Shown: in pieces, positions 24,763 to 39,541 of the stretch
Numbering within the stretch: position 1 is the first letter of the stretch
Layout: each line of letters opens with the position of its first letter
Origin: Octopus vulgaris
Taxonomy: Eukaryota
Direction of reading: 5' to 3'
Length of the DNA stretch: 64,000 nucleotides
Assembly: GCA_951406725.2 (NCBI GenBank)
Contig: OX597814.1
Location: forward strand, 66,960,001 to 67,024,000
Made by a program: the position numbers and the translations under genes
The notes under the pieces: generated by a model
What the model was told of the DNA's origin: nothing
What the model saw: the letters and a program-made list of their open reading frames with translations, nothing else
Databases searched by the model: none

Positions 24763-25629
24763 TCTTACCCCCAGACTACACTGTTTTTGTCGTGTAACGT
24801 GGGTCGTTTCGCATTCTAATAAACGAGAATTTTCAGGAGGCCTCTGGGAAAGCGAAACGACACACGTTACACGACGAAAACAGTGTAGTCTGGGGGTAAG
24901 AATCTGATACCCTGAGGATACATAAAAAGTGATGGTTCAAGAAAGTTGGTTAAAATTAAATTTAACTTGACTAGTTCCAAATGCATCCAGTTGCTGAAGA
25001 ACAATTTGATACCAGACTTGGATGAAGGTAAGATTTTTCAGCATGACGGAGCTCCATGCCGCAGATCGCGTGCAACACCACAGTGTTTGGCTGATGAAAG
25101 TGTTACCGTATTGAAAGATTGGTCAGCTCAGAGCCCTGACTTAAGTATCATCGGAGAATATGGACAGAACTAAAGAGAAGAGTTCGTCAGAAGAATCCAC
25201 GTAATATTGAAGAGTTGCAGAAACTCAGTCACAGAGAATAGCATCTCATACCTGTGAAGATGGTGAAGGATTTGAAAGCATCTCTTCCCAGGCGCAATTA
25301 AGCTAAGGGATTATACACGAAATATTAGCAATGTACAGTAACTTCTTGAAATGAACATTATGTAATAAATTTTCATTAGACATTTTTCTGTTTTAAAATA
25401 CTGTATCTTGATCGGTTTATTGAGGTGGCCGAAATATTTTACACAGCCATTTTTGGTAGTCGTTTCGCATCTTCCCCTCTCATCCCAAACCCCTACTATA
25501 AAATAGATTAAGTATAGAAATGACTCCAATATGACCAATGTTTCATCCGTAAAAACGCAATGCGAAACATTCACTTATTAGTTTAAATTTACAATAGATC
25601 AAAGTAGCTGAACACTTTTGCACAGTACT
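24763..25629 (+). mobile_element. Tc1 3' fragment capped by a ~48-bp inverted duplication
   Basis: IFQHDGAPC...DWSAQSPDLSII...AKGLYTKY*, ending ACTTTTGCACAGTACTG. 24763-24810 is the reverse complement of 24851-24901. Confidence 0.85.
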
Positions 25630-25889
25630 GTGTCTATGTATGTATCTGTGTCTTGACAGCCGATGTAATGCTACTTCTAAAATCTCTCTAAGAGATCAAC
25701 GCAGTAGCTTTACTAACAAGTAATATTCGTAGCCACTTCAACATGACTGTCCATTCTCGGTATTTTGGCGCGCCAAAACGAAGATTTTTGAAAGATAACC
25801 CCAAACGTAATTGGTAGAACTATATACATGTTCAATCTCATGCGGACGTCTCGTGTATAGTTCTGCAAATTATATTTTGCTATGATGAT

Positions 25890-25957
25890 CACACTGATGA
25901 GTTGCGGACAATTACGTAAGTAATTACGTAAGTAGTAACAACTAAACCAGGTTTGTG
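25890..25957 (+). ncRNA. Decayed hammerhead motif
   Basis: caca-CTGATGA-gttg...caac-TAAA(GAAA mutated)-ccagg-TT-tgtg. Confidence 0.55.
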
Positions 25958-26049
25958 ATTAATCTTTATATTTTGTATCTTTTCAATTGTCTTGTTCGCT
26001 TACGTTCTGGCGTTTGCTGAATTTTCTTGAGAACAATCCTTTCTTAGTG

Positions 26050-26210
26050 GTAAGACCATAGGAGGTCTACTTCTAGTATAATGGATGTCCACTTAGTGGT
26101 CATCCCTCTTATATGTATGTAATATAATTTTTCTGAATCTTCAGATTCTTCAATATGCTAGACCATTGGTTGAATTGATATTAATCAAATTAATATTCAA
26201 TCTTTCACCC
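26050..26210. repeat. (TA)n-associated repeat, rearranged relative to the copy at 17453-17580
   Basis: TAAGACCATAG...ATGGATGTCCACT...CATCCCTCTTATAT is direct in both copies. The GGGTGA.A.ATTGAATATTAATTTGATTAATAT block is upstream/direct in one and downstream/inverted in the other. Confidence 0.75.
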
Positions 26211-26221
26211 TTTTTTTTTTA

Positions 26222-26301
<80 letters not shown>

Positions 26302-28449
26302 TTACATTCAAAACTGGGTTAAATCGAGAATTTCGAACCACGAATCCACCTTTATCATTAATCTCTTATTCTTTTATTTTTAACATTCCTTTCTCTCAGT
26401 ACATTCCATAATTGATCATTATTTCTTCTTATTTATCTCCCCTGCACTAATATAATTTCGTTTCCTTTTCACCTTCTTCGTTCCTTACAGATTTTTATAT
26501 GTTAGTTTGTTAGTTAGTTAGTTAATTTTTGGGCTCAAAAAGCAAAAAGCAAGGCCATGTAGGGGGACATGGAGATATATGTACAGGGTGGTGTTCATGT
26601 AAAGAGTTCAGGCCACTTGAGGTCAAGGGAGACTTTGAACCGAGCGGTTATAGGTCTTACTCTATATATTTAACTAATATTTCATTATTATTTTTATTTA
26701 TACATATTTTTTCTTTCCTTCTCTCTATGTCTCCCTCCCTCTTTTTCTATTCCTATTTATCTCTCTTCATATGCCATGCTTATGGGCATTTCGTATAACA
26801 GAAATCCATTCTAAAGTCTGAAGATTCATGATTATTGTTACAAAAGACACGGCAATAGCTTCTCGTTGCCGTCTACTTCTCTATTTACTGCTTACTCTGC
26901 TAGTCTCCTGCTCTCCAGAGCTTACCCTTTAGGCACAGGGGATATTTAACCTTTAGCGAGGAGGACTGGTTCACATAACGTCGAAACATGCTTACATACC
27001 GGTGGGTTAGCGCAGCACATGTTTAGAGGCAATATTCCGAGACTTCTGTGGCCAGCGATAGGACCAGCTTTTATTACTGATAACTGAGAACCTGGATATT
27101 TGAATTAGTCATGGGAAGTAATCCACTCCCATCAATGTTTATAAGTATAAAGTTTATGCCTCTGACATCTCTGACAGCATGAAAATTGGACGTCACTTCA
27201 TTTTGATGAGGCAAATGGTTATCTCAGTCCTTGGATGGTAGGCCTTTGAGACAGATTTCGGTAAAGTTGAAGAATGTAATGGAGTATGTTTATTCAGTAT
27301 CATCGCTATATGCAATTTTACATTTTTGTACATAGACGAATAGTCAATATGTAAGGGTAGAATTGTATATTTGGTAAAAATATCTAAAGTAGTTGTTTGT
27401 TCAATTTCTTTGGCTTATCATTGTTCAGTGGCAACACTAAGGGTAGTACTGAGATATTTGCGAAGATAATGTTTTGATGGTTGAGGGATATCCAGCGTTA
27501 TGAAGAAATCGCTGCTGATATACCGTTAAAGTCGGTCATTTTATTTTCCACGTAAGTTAATAAAAAAGAATAATCACTTTAGGTGTTCTTTTGTGAAAGT
27601 ATTTTGCTGCCGAACTAGACTATTTTATTTAATTGTTCTAATGTAAATAGCAAACTTCAGATTTTTCGTTGATCGTAGAAAACCCAGAATTGGCGTCGCT
27701 ATGATTGACAAAAGCTACCGAAGGCAGTGCCCCATTATGGATGCACTCGAATGACCGAAAGCAATAAAACAAAAATAATAAAAGAATATATATTTATAAA
27801 TAGTTACATGTCTCTCCACTCTATGTTTTATATGAGAGGTGTGATGCATTAATACATCAAATAGTTTCATTGTGGTCCTAGCAACATAATAAATATAAAA
27901 TGTCTACATCACCACCATCACCATTACCACCAGTACGTATACAACTTGATACTTAATATTTTTCTCTTTTGAAAAGGGTAAGATCTCTTTTCATTGTCTC
28001 TCCGAGGGTCGACTAACCGGAAGTCCTTGCTACAAAGGATTCGTCTAGCATGGCGCCAATATTTGCCTTTATATTTACAATACCACGATTGATTTTCAGT
28101 TAGGGATGAAACTTTACCAGGAAATAAATTAAATAAGTAAAAGAGAGAAATGGAGGAAGAACATTCGAAATAAATTATGAAAGAAAAAAACTATGCCTTT
28201 TGCTTTGTGTTCGGGCGATACTTTATAGTCTGATTATGTAAAACATGTGAACAATAAGTGCATAAACTTTTTTTTTATATTAACACAGTTATTCGCTCGT
28301 GTATACATAAATCCATACACAGACAATAAATTTATTCACGTATTTACACGATGAATTCTATAAACATATATGCCTGGCATAAATATATATTATTTAATTT
28401 CTCGGTCAGTCAGTCAGACCTTCCTATACGTGTTTACACATAGAGTGGC

Positions 28450-29050
28450 AGTTCCACCCCTTGCTTTCCATCGGTTGAGCTTTCTACGCTTTTCCAGTAT
28501 CTTTTGACATCGTTCAGGCTCTCCTGAGAGGTTCGACGCCGTGTGGCACGTGGCCCTTGTTATCCTTCTCTTATTGTCTTTCTCAATGCTATTCTTTTGA
28601 GCAGATTGTCTGACTATAGAAGGAGGTAACTGCTATGTTGCCGTTCCTTCGAATCCTCGTGACGATACTCTTCAATTTTTATGTAATGAAAGGCATGCAA
28701 TATTTTTTTATGATTTTTTTCAATTTTCTTCCACATTTCACTTGCATAAAGGATCGTTGACTGTACAATGATATTATACAGCTGAATCTTGTTGTTCATG
28801 GACAATATTTTACACTTTCGCTGAAATACTGCTGTCGCATTTTGCGAATTGGATTTTCAACCATCAAGTGGCAATCTCTTGTTCTTTGACCGATCTCCAC
28901 CACGTTCGTCTTCTCTACATTCATTCTCTGTCCGGTTTTCTTCACCACTTTGCTCAGGTGATGAATCAGCACTTTTCAAGCATTTCTGGATTCCAATAAC
29001 AATGTAATATTATCGGTGAAGTCTGGGCAGTCAATGATCCCTAACATTTT
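28450..29050 (-). mobile_element. Degenerate RTE-clade LINE fragment
   Basis: SMNNKIQLYNIIVQSTILYASEMWK, with an upstream PDFTDNITLL (decayed YADD region). Confidence 0.7.
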
Positions 29051-29317
29051 CAATTAGATACCATATTCATTGCAGTAGACTGCCTTTTTTGAGGTGAAAT
29101 CTGTGATACCTTCAGGCAATCTCTGTGCGTTACATGTGTGCTCTGAGAAATTTATCTAACTTTTTGTCTTTTCACTTCTTTAAATGAGAAAATAACTAAA
29201 ATGACTGCATTTTTCAAATTTTACAAATACTAATTTTCACAAGCCATGTTAGCACAACGCATAAGGTACTTAACACTTTGGTACAATATTAATTGATTAC
29301 AATTATAATGCATATAA

Positions 29318-29610
29318 TCTCTCTATATATAAACAGCAAAATGTTTGTCTGTGTGTGTGTGTGCGTGTCCTTTATACATATCCACAATTTTTCAGTTAGA
29401 GGGCCCGCACTTTCTATGGTCATTCAAAACCGTCCAAGGGTGGTCGTGCACATCTTTACATTTCCCCAGTAAAGCCATTAAAAAATCAATAGAAGTGACT
29501 TTTTTGTGAATTTTCTATCCAAAACCCATTCAAAATGCCTGAAACTTGATACGCCAATTGAATGCTAGCTAGCTGTATGTGATTGGTCGGAGATTTGGAC
29601 AGTACTCGCG
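29318..29610 (+). mobile_element. 5' fragment of a non-autonomous Helitron
   Basis: A|TCTCTCTATATATAAACAGCAAAATGTTTGTCTGTG start resembles the 18806 unit. No 3' CTAG end is seen. Confidence 0.6.
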
Positions 29611-29726
29611 TGTATGTGCGCACGCACGCAGCTGTATATGCATGCACTGTATATGCATATGCACTGGCATGGCTGCGTGGTAAGGAGTTTGCTCTGGATT
29701 CAGGAGCCCGGCAGGTGTGTGTGTGT

Positions 29727-29786
<60 letters not shown>

Positions 29787-30348
29787 TGGTCTCCTTCACC
29801 ACTTCTCAACTGGTGTTGGTGTGTTTACGTCCCAATAACTCAACGATTCGTCAAAAGAGAACAATAGAATAAATACCAAACTTTAAAAATATAAGTACTG
29901 GGATCGAATTATTCCACCAAAAATGTTTAAGGCGGTGCTCCAATGTGGCCACAGTCTATGACTGATAAAAGAAAAAATAAAAGATAATGATTTATTTCCA
30001 CTTTGTTACCAGCAGATTTAATGAGGATATTATTTCAACATCACGTCAGTCATATTTACAAGAGAGACTAATGAGAATTTCAGGTTGATATTAGAATCGA
30101 TTCAAATAAGGATCAACCGTTGCCAATATAAACAAAATCCAACCATATCTTGCAAACCTCTCCAGACCAATTTCCACACTGATTAGTCAAACTACTAAAG
30201 TAGTCTTCGATTAATCAATTGACATTTATATCATTTAACGGAATAGATTTAAGGTAAATATTAAAACTAACAAGTTTATGGATGCACGTGCGAGGCATGT
30301 TTACGCACGTGTAAGCATATAAGTGTTTTCCAATATATATTTTAACTC

Positions 30349-30403
<55 letters not shown>

Positions 30404-30435
30404 ACACACACAACACACACTCACTCACATACATA

Positions 30436-30845
30436 AGCGCAAGCATGGCTGTGTGGTAAGAAGCTTCCTAACCACATGATTCCAGGTGCAGCCCCACTGC
30501 GCGCGGCACCTTGGGCAAGTATCTTCTACTGTAGCCTTAGGCCGACGAAAATCTTGTGAGTGAATTTAGTAGACGGACCTGAAAGAAACCTGTCACATGC
30601 ACATATCTATGTGTGTGTGTGTGTATGTGCGTATGTATGCGGGCACGTATGTGTTCCTCATTATCGCTTGACAACCGGTGTTGGTTTATTTACATCCACG
30701 TAGCTTAACGCTTCGACAAAAAGAAGTCGAAAGTACTAGGCTTAAAATAAAATAATAGTACTGGAGTCGATTCATTCGACTGAAAGTTCTTCAAAGTGGT
30801 ACCCCAGCATGACTGCAGCTTAATGCCTGGCACAGATAAAAGACA
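30436..30845 (+). mobile_element. SINE family A, older copy (partial copies at ~29665-29975 and ~31540-31730)
   Basis: Colinear with the split copy at 13672-15270. Confidence 0.88.
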
Positions 30846-30849
30846 TATG

Positions 30850-30896
<47 letters not shown>

Positions 30897-30901
30897 GTAT
30901 G

Positions 30902-30967
<66 letters not shown>

Positions 30968-31061
30968 CATATATATATATATGTATGTATGTATGTATGT
31001 AAGTATGTATGTATGTATGTATGTATGTATGTATGTATGTATGTGTATGTGTGTGTGTGTG

Positions 31062-31355
31062 TGGAAGCGCAATGGCCCAGTGGTTAGGGCAGAGGACTCG
31101 CGGTCGTAGGATCGCGGTTTCGATTCCCAAACCGGGCGTTGTGAGTGGTTATTGAGCAAAAACACCTAAAACTCCACGAGGCTCTAGAAGGGGGTGGCGT
31201 CCCTGCTGTGCTCTTTCGCCACAACTTTCTCTCAGTCTTTCTTCTATTGGCCTGCTCGCTTAGCCAACGGGGTGGCATCATTTGAAGGCTAAAACAAAGC
31301 GAAGCGCATTGCGACCAGCGATGTGTAGCAACATCTAATAGCCTGGTCGATCATT

Positions 31356-31360
<5 letters not shown>
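31062..31360 (+). mobile_element. SINE family C, full length
   Basis: A-box TGGCCCAGTGG, B-box GTTTCGATTCCC, and tail GCAACATCTAATAGCCTGGTCG running into (TA)n. Confidence 0.9.
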
Positions 31361-31396
<36 letters not shown>

Positions 31397-31777
31397 CATA
31401 GCAAATGGATATTGACCATGAATTTTGAAATTTGAGTTGTTCAGTCTACTAAACTACTAGATTCATTGCATTCGCATTGGGACGCACTAATTCACAGACA
31501 CTTAATGTAATTTTCAAGCAGAATCAGCCTTGACACAGTGTGTCAAAGCTGGACCTTTCACTTACACGCGCAATTCATCCTCCGTGCTTCGACACTGTGT
31601 CCGTCTTCCCAATTTCACTCACAAGGTTTGGTTCAACCGGGGAATTTAGAATATGAGGTTTGCCCTGTATATCACACAATAGAGTCGAACTTGAGACCTC
31701 TTGAGTGCGAACCATTCAGCCACACTGCGCCTCACACACATCTCTCTCTTTCTCTCTCTTGCTATGTATATATGTAC

Positions 31778-31825
<48 letters not shown>

Positions 31826-33811
31826 TTTGAAATATATATTACCATATTAAGAGCCTTAGTGAAGAGTGGTTCCAGGAAGTGCCTGAAGCACCCTGCCATT
31901 TCTCTTAGGTTGCCGTACCCGTCATGTTTAAAAGAATCCAGTCACTATTTGGTTAAGCATGAAATACGTTTTAAGTGGAGCGAGTGGTTCTACTGTTTAT
32001 GCAGCTGTAGTGGTAGTGTGAACATTTCGGTGCTCATATAAAGGTCACTTCCGGACATCACACACCTACAAATAAATTCCTTTCAACTAAAAATATCTTT
32101 TGCCATTTCAAATACTAATTTAGGAAGTTACGACTGATTCTTCTGTAGTTGTCATAGATATAAACTTTTTGAGTGGTATGGAATTAAACTGTCAGTCATT
32201 CATAATTTTTTTAAACGTCGCTGGAATACGTGAAACGTATAAGTTTCACGCAGGAATTGAAACTGCTTTGTGTTCATAAATCATAAGTTTTCTTTTTGTT
32301 TTTAGAATTTCGATGTATTTTTAGCATTCGTTCTTTTGCTGTTTCACACATCACTATAGGTCATAAACTGGGTTGAACAGACTTCCCTATATTATTTGCA
32401 TTCGTTTAATTTGGGATAGATATAATAAGCGATTGAATAGAACACTATATGTCAATCAATTAGCATAGATTATGTTGTTCGGGTCTCTAACTTTTTTGCC
32501 AAGTTCTTTTTCTGACGAGAAATTTATCAAATTTTATATACAACAACAAAACGATAATATTTAAAAGCTAAGGACTGAAAGATAAAATGGTTTGCTGACA
32601 TTTTATTTCTTCTTTTTATGTTCTGAGTTTAGTTTTCATCAGTGTTGACTTTCGTACAGCCAAACCGACAGAGCAACAAGCATATAGCAAGATATAACAG
32701 GTACATTTTCTACTGGATACCATATTCATTGCAGTGGACCGCCTCTTTTTGTGAAATCTATGATGATCTAGAGGCAATGGATGCACTGCAGGCTACATAA
32801 GTGTTCTGAGAAGATTATCTAACCTTTCGTCTTTTCAGATCTTTAGATGAAAAGAAATAACGAAGCTAACATTGTATTTTCGAATTTCTCAAATGTACGA
32901 ATTTTACACTTCACCTACAGTAAATTTTTAGCATATCTGGCTATCTTAGACTTTTTAGAAAAATTTTATTATATTGAGTATATTGCTATTTATTTAAAAA
33001 AAACAAAACTTATTAATTTGGGGAACAGCTATTAAAGCTAGTTACAGACTATGTAAGTTGGTATAGTAAGCTGTAATAGATAATGAAAGAGTAAGAAAGC
33101 TGTAAAAGTATAAAAAATTGAAAGTATAAAAAATTGAAATTCCTTCTATGAAGACACTCATTACTGCTATCTGTCCTACGAAAATGTTATTACTGATGTA
33201 GTATAATGAATATATCAGAAATATACACAGGGCCTGGCGAGTATGGGGTTCATGTTGTGACATTAAACTGAACGGTGATGTGTTCGTATTCTGTGTATCA
33301 ATGTCCGGGATGTTCCTCTTTTAAACGGTACAGAGCGTGTTACAAATAATGTTGAGTGAATATCTCATATCATAAGAGAAATAGATTCTGAAGAGGGATA
33401 TACGTTCATAAGATTAAGACTTTCATGATACCGTAAATGATAAATGTAGTGTGTCTTCATTAATGTTTCAGATGCTTTAGGCGGAGGGTAGTAAAATTGA
33501 TAGCACGCAGCGCAAATTGCCTTCCATTGTTATATATTTACGTCTATTTTTTCCAAGTTTAAATCCCATTGACATTGCCCTTCCTAAGATTGTGAAATTC
33601 TAATCTTTTGTTACTATTCATTAAATGTTGGTCATTCGTTTAATGCCAATTTAAGTTTACGTTTATATTTTATATATTTTCATCTAATGAACATCGGTCT
33701 GGTTAGCACTTAGAGAAACGTTGTTGATATCTATTATTTCTTCAAATAATCATAAAATAATTTCTGTGATGTTTAATTCTATCTGTTATTTCTTCAAAAA
33801 CTCACAAACCA

Positions 33812-33933
<122 letters not shown>

Positions 33934-36900
33934 GTTTTTTTTCTTTTTTTTTTCTTTTGGGGTTTTACAAAAATGTTAGGAAATAAGCAAGGCTACAGAT
34001 AGGAAATGCGCTGAAAGCCTCAATAAACGAAGTACGTCTATTGGGAAGTACGTAAAACAAATATTAGTCAGAAACGGAAGATTATTAAGTGCAAATCTTG
34101 CAAAAAAGGTTACGGACTAAAATATAAACAGTGAACGTGAGAATACTCGTGAGAGAATTTGAAGAAAGGGTGCATTTTCAAAATTCTGCAATAAGCAAAA
34201 GTATAGAAAAAAAGAAAAATGAAATGAGCAAAATTTTTATTATAATTGTTTTGATGGATTCCAGCATTGTTCCTGGTAAAATGTAAATATAAAGAAAGAT
34301 AATCTTTTGACTGATTAAAAAAAGGTACTTAAGACATCGAGCTGTCTTCGGCTTATCGATCAGCTTTCGAACCCTCGTGTCTTAGCGCATAGGCCTTATT
34401 TCTGACAGTGCAGCCTTCACGTTGAAGAATTGGTCGAGAGTCAAGCTCACAGCGAGCAAGTCTGTTGCAATACTCTTCTCTAAGAGCCTCCTCTAAGTTT
34501 CTAAAACTCCCTCTATTCTATTTTTCTTACAAACCTACTTGATCCTACTTTAATCGCTTTTTTAGGGCGTGCCACGACTTGTTGTTGGTGATTGTCCGCA
34601 TCAACGTTCGCTTATCTAATTCACTAATCCAATTTCTCTAAGTTGGGTGCATCTGGAGTAACTCATGCAGTTTCCAGTAACCGAGTACCTGCCTATGAAG
34701 CTTGTCTAACTGAGTGTACAGAACTAATTTATGGTGCGTGACCGACGATTTTAAAACGTGGAAACCTATATAGACATTATCTACTGGCCTACAAAATACT
34801 CTGGATGACTTTTTACGATTTGTTTATTGCTATATTAGCACATTCAGGAAATCTAGTTGGTTACTGTAAAAAAGTTGGAAACATCTAACTGGTTTGCGAA
34901 GCATTTGCAACTATTTTTTTCTATCGGCTAATCCCACACAACCCAAATGTGAATCCATGATAGCGTACCAGTCACCACTGGCTCTAAAGAGCGGGATGTT
35001 CATAGGAATATTTTCAGATGCCTGAAGAAATCTGGATGTTTTATCAAAACATTAAAAAAATAGCCTCACTAATGCACACATCCAGGACCACAAGCTTATC
35101 TTCTGGATTAAGAATAAGTCCGAATCGTGAGATCCAAACCATTCATTACCCACACAGCAGTTCCACCTCCCAAAACCGATCGACTTGGAAATAGATTTCG
35201 TATCCACTGAAAATGGCATGAGATCAGAAAGACTAGTCTTTTTGATGGTACCACATATATATTTAGTGACTTTAGTTGGTTGAGCATGTGGTCTTACTCC
35301 CAAGATAACCTCAGGTACCTTGCATCTACACCTGCTATTCTGAGTACAGCTATGTTTGAAAAAAAGAGAGGAAAGTGAGAAAGAATCGCATATCTTATTC
35401 CTAAAGAGATATGTATGTCTCGTCTCCCACCCCCATCTAACTGTGAGTGTTTAAATAAGGAATTCCTTTGCTTGTATTTCCCCTGATGTCTCGTATTCTT
35501 TTGGGCCTATTTATTTTTTAAAGACATGTAAATGTGTTGCGATATTTGAATAATTTTTTCTGTATGGTGGCAATCTATTTGTTAATGTGGTGTAGTTGTG
35601 TATGATGCTTGCATTTTTATGTATGTGACCCATTAACTTTTTATTGTTTGTGTTTATGGCAGTGTAGCTAATGATATCTTGCTTTGAACTGAAATCCTTA
35701 AAATGCTTATGTCACCACAAAAATTATATATCGGCCTTCTGCTTTCAACTGTCACGTATAGTCGTGTCTTGTCTGGCAGGTTGATTATGCTTCTATGCCT
35801 TGGTGATCCATTTGAATTAATAACTCTATCCCTTGGCTCTACCAACTGGACCTGCTGAATATTAGACTTGTCTTTTATGTTGAAAAGGATGGCTGTCATC
35901 AACCAGCAATTGCTTATTTCTGAGGACGCGTTGACTGTCTTATTTTCAGTATTCTACGGCCGAAGTAAATTGAAATGAGAACCAGTACATCACTTCTTAA
36001 AGTTGTTGTGAAGTGCTTCCTGACCTCATCCTCTGTAGGGAATCCTACCCCTAATGCACCGTACTTTTTCAAATTGTAAGTTATTGTGTTTACTTTACCC
36101 TGGGGATGGTACAAGAAATGGCAAGTTAGGATTACAAGAACGTGTAAAAAGAATAAAAACAGTAACAAACAGACAATAAATTCCAAATGATAGTTCCCCA
36201 AAAGAGAGAGACTTCCAAGGGTATTTGTTGAAACACCACAAAATCGTGGTCATTCTGACCACTAAAGGCAAATACCTTCACTCTCTCAGGCGCATGCTCA
36301 GAGTAGACCCGTTCATTCGGACGATGATCCCCATTTCAATATACCTATCACAATTTGCAAACGTGTTCCTTTTGCAAATCTAAGCAGTCCCTTAGCTACA
36401 TACAAAGTAAGTCTAAACTCTAGGAACTTTGTTAAGAGCATGTCTCCCAAACTCTTGAGCCTTTAATAAATAAATATTTAAGCATCACTTTGTCTGCCGT
36501 TACGCCACGCTAAGATGCAATGGTTTCAGAGCAAAGAACTAATTAGGAAACCAAACCGTATGAAAATTTATCATACTTATTAAAATACGTCCACACATGG
36601 GCAAATTTTCTCCTGTATATTCCTTGGGTGGATACTTCTAAAATTTTTCACGCTTCCCCCAAATCGCCTTAATATCTTGTATCATTAGCTATTATTTATA
36701 GGCAATTATATTATTGACATTCAATTATTTTATGTTGTTTTTATTATATTAATCATATTTGCACTCCTATATACCGATTTGTCATGAATTTTAGGTGCAA
36801 CTTCGTTATTTCCAGTCCTCATTTTTAATTTTAGCGTCACATGTCTCATTTCACCTACCCGACCATGTTCTCATTTTCACCAATAGCTGTCGTTCTATTT

Positions 36901-39266
36901 ATCCACGGCATTATACTGTTTCAATATGATTTGTTTTGCTTTTTAATTGCACTTTTTATCTAGAGCGACGAGTTGACTGAATTGTTAGCACGCCGACAAA
37001 AAAATATGCGATATGTTTCTGACTCCTTACATTCTGAGTTCAAATCCCACGAGGTCAAATTTTTTTTCGGGAGCGGAAAAATAAAGTATCAAACTTTTTT
37101 ATTTTGTTCTTTTTGGGTCCTTCACTCTCATCTTCTTAAGAACTTTTTCTATTTTTCAGAAAGAAACCTTAACTCCTCTTTTCTATTACCACTACAACAC
37201 ACGTTTTCCCCACTATTTTTTTTATTATTTATCTATTTATTTTCGTTTTTGTTTTTCAGTATGAACTGTCCACATCTGATGGGGAACGCATTCTCTTTCT
37301 ATAATCTCTTATTACCATCTTATCGAATGTCAATTAATCTTTCGTTTCTTTGCAAATGTTTCTGTTGATCAAGCTGTATGTGCAATTATTCCTATTAAAA
37401 GACCCCACTTAAATGGAAGACACTTAATCGGTCAGAAATTTGATGCAACGTTTCGTTTCAATTAGTCTCTCAAAGGAAGAGTGCACTGTGGCATATCTCC
37501 CTTTGACATACACTCATTTTACTGTATCACTAGAGTTTCATGGAGAACTGTAATTTTTCAACCAGTATTCAGGGACAAAATCTGGTCCAGTAGTTTTACG
37601 TTTTTCTACCTTTCCTAACTCTTTTAATTAGTTTCGAAAATTTGCTTTCCTTTTGGTAAAATCCTTCTGCACCTCAGCATTTTTTATTTAATTATTTACT
37701 GTAATTTTTATTTTGCGTAGAATTCTTTTAAAAATTCATCTCCAAATGAATTTGCTTTCTTCAGCAATTGGTCTTATGTTATTTCCTTTATTCTCCTCAA
37801 AAATTGTCAAACGTTTCTAGAGGCTCATTGTGTTTTTCTTTTTTTCTTTTTTTTTTTTCTAAATTTGGTAGCTTTTGTTTTTACTCTTATGCTGCATTTC
37901 CTCTACTTCACTATTCTTTCTTTAATTTACCCTGCTTCCTCTCGTCCAGCTCATATCTTTCTTAAAACCGTTAATCTTCATTAACATTCGCCTTTCCCGT
38001 CTGGTTACCCGTTAATTCCTTTTTTTTTTTTTTTGTCGTTTCTTTTTCCTCCACGTGTTGACAAAACTGTCTTTCTAAGACAGTATTTCTCATCGACTAT
38101 ACCACCAATATTAATGTGTTGGTATCTCAGAGAGGATTTCAAAAATAACCTTGTCCAATGTTACTACTTTTTTGTTCTTTCTTTAACCATGCTTCGATCC
38201 ACTGTTCAAACATTAACTGGCTCTAAGACTTTCAGTTACTTCAGATTCTACCTCAGTTTTTCAACGATCTCTTGTTCGTTGTTTACAAAACAATTTCACT
38301 TTCCTTTTGCATGTTCCTACATGCATTCGCTTCAAATGCAGAAATTGTATTTGTCTGTTTAGCTACAATAGTTGCTTTCTCTTGATTCTCGAAGCGTTGT
38401 CGTCATTCAGTTAGATTTGGCCTGTTCTTGCAAGTCTGTGTTTTTCTTTCTCTTGTATTTCTGTTTCTAAGTCAGAGAGGTAACTTCTAAAACTGAAGTA
38501 CAGTACCTGCACGTTTTGCACTGAGCTTGAATACTCCCATGTCATTCCAAATATTTAGCTTTCTTTACCAGAATCATTGCAGCATTGATTCATTTTGTAA
38601 ATAACATTCCATTGTTAACTTGATAATTTATTTTCCACTTCACTTTTGAGTTCAAATTGGAATTTGATGGTAGGCTCTTACAAAACCTATCCTTGTAAGA
38701 TATTATTTCTACCTACCAACTCGAGTCATAAGAGCAAGGGTAAAGACCCCCTTCGGTCATGAATGATCGAAGGGGGTTTTTACCCTAGAAAGTTACCCTC
38801 TGAGGCACAAGTCCGGGCAAGGTTGTTTATGGAGGACCAGCAACTGCCTGTGTATGCCAGCCTCCCCTCTCCACACCAATGATGTTATCGAAGGGAAAGG
38901 CAAAGGCCAACACAGCTTGGCACCAGTGACGTCGCAACTCATTTCTACAGATAAGTGAACTGGAGCAACGTGAAATTAAGTGTCTTGCTCAAGAACACAA
39001 CATACAGCCCGGTCTGGGAATCGAACTCGCTACCTCATGATTGTAAGTCCGACTCTCTAACTACTGAGCCACGCACCTTCATGCAGCTCATGTAATACCT
39101 TTTCAATATTTGGTGCAGGATAAGAGTCAGAACATATATCGAGATTTACTTCTATCTTGTAATTTGCACAAAAACGTAAATCGCCTTTGAGCTTGTACAC
39201 CACAATCAGCTGAGAAATCTATTTAATAAGGCATTCTCTGGCTTTACTTTTGCTAACATAAGGGTG

Positions 39267-39336
<70 letters not shown>

Positions 39337-39337
<1 letters not shown>

Positions 39338-39541
39338 GAGAGGGGTGCTGAAAAGTTCCTGGCTTTAAGGCTTCGCGAAAGGCCTACCTTTCAGAATTCT
39401 TTTACGGAGCTTAGAAAAACTAAAGAGCTGCTGCAATAAGTGTGAGAATCTGAGGTGGGAATATGCTGAATAAAATCATAATTAACTAATATTCCTGTAT
39501 TTTCTTTTACCCAAAGCCGGGAACTTTTCAGCACCCCCTCG
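39337..39541. mobile_element. Mariner-like MITE
   Basis: CGAGAGGGGTGCTGAAAAGTTCCTGGCTTT pairs with AAAGCCGGGAACTTTTCAGCACCCCCTCG|TA. Confidence 0.9.

Noticed and set aside
31062-31140. tRNA genes at A/B-box sequences
   Set aside because: They run directly into SINE bodies, and I could not fold complete cloverleaves.
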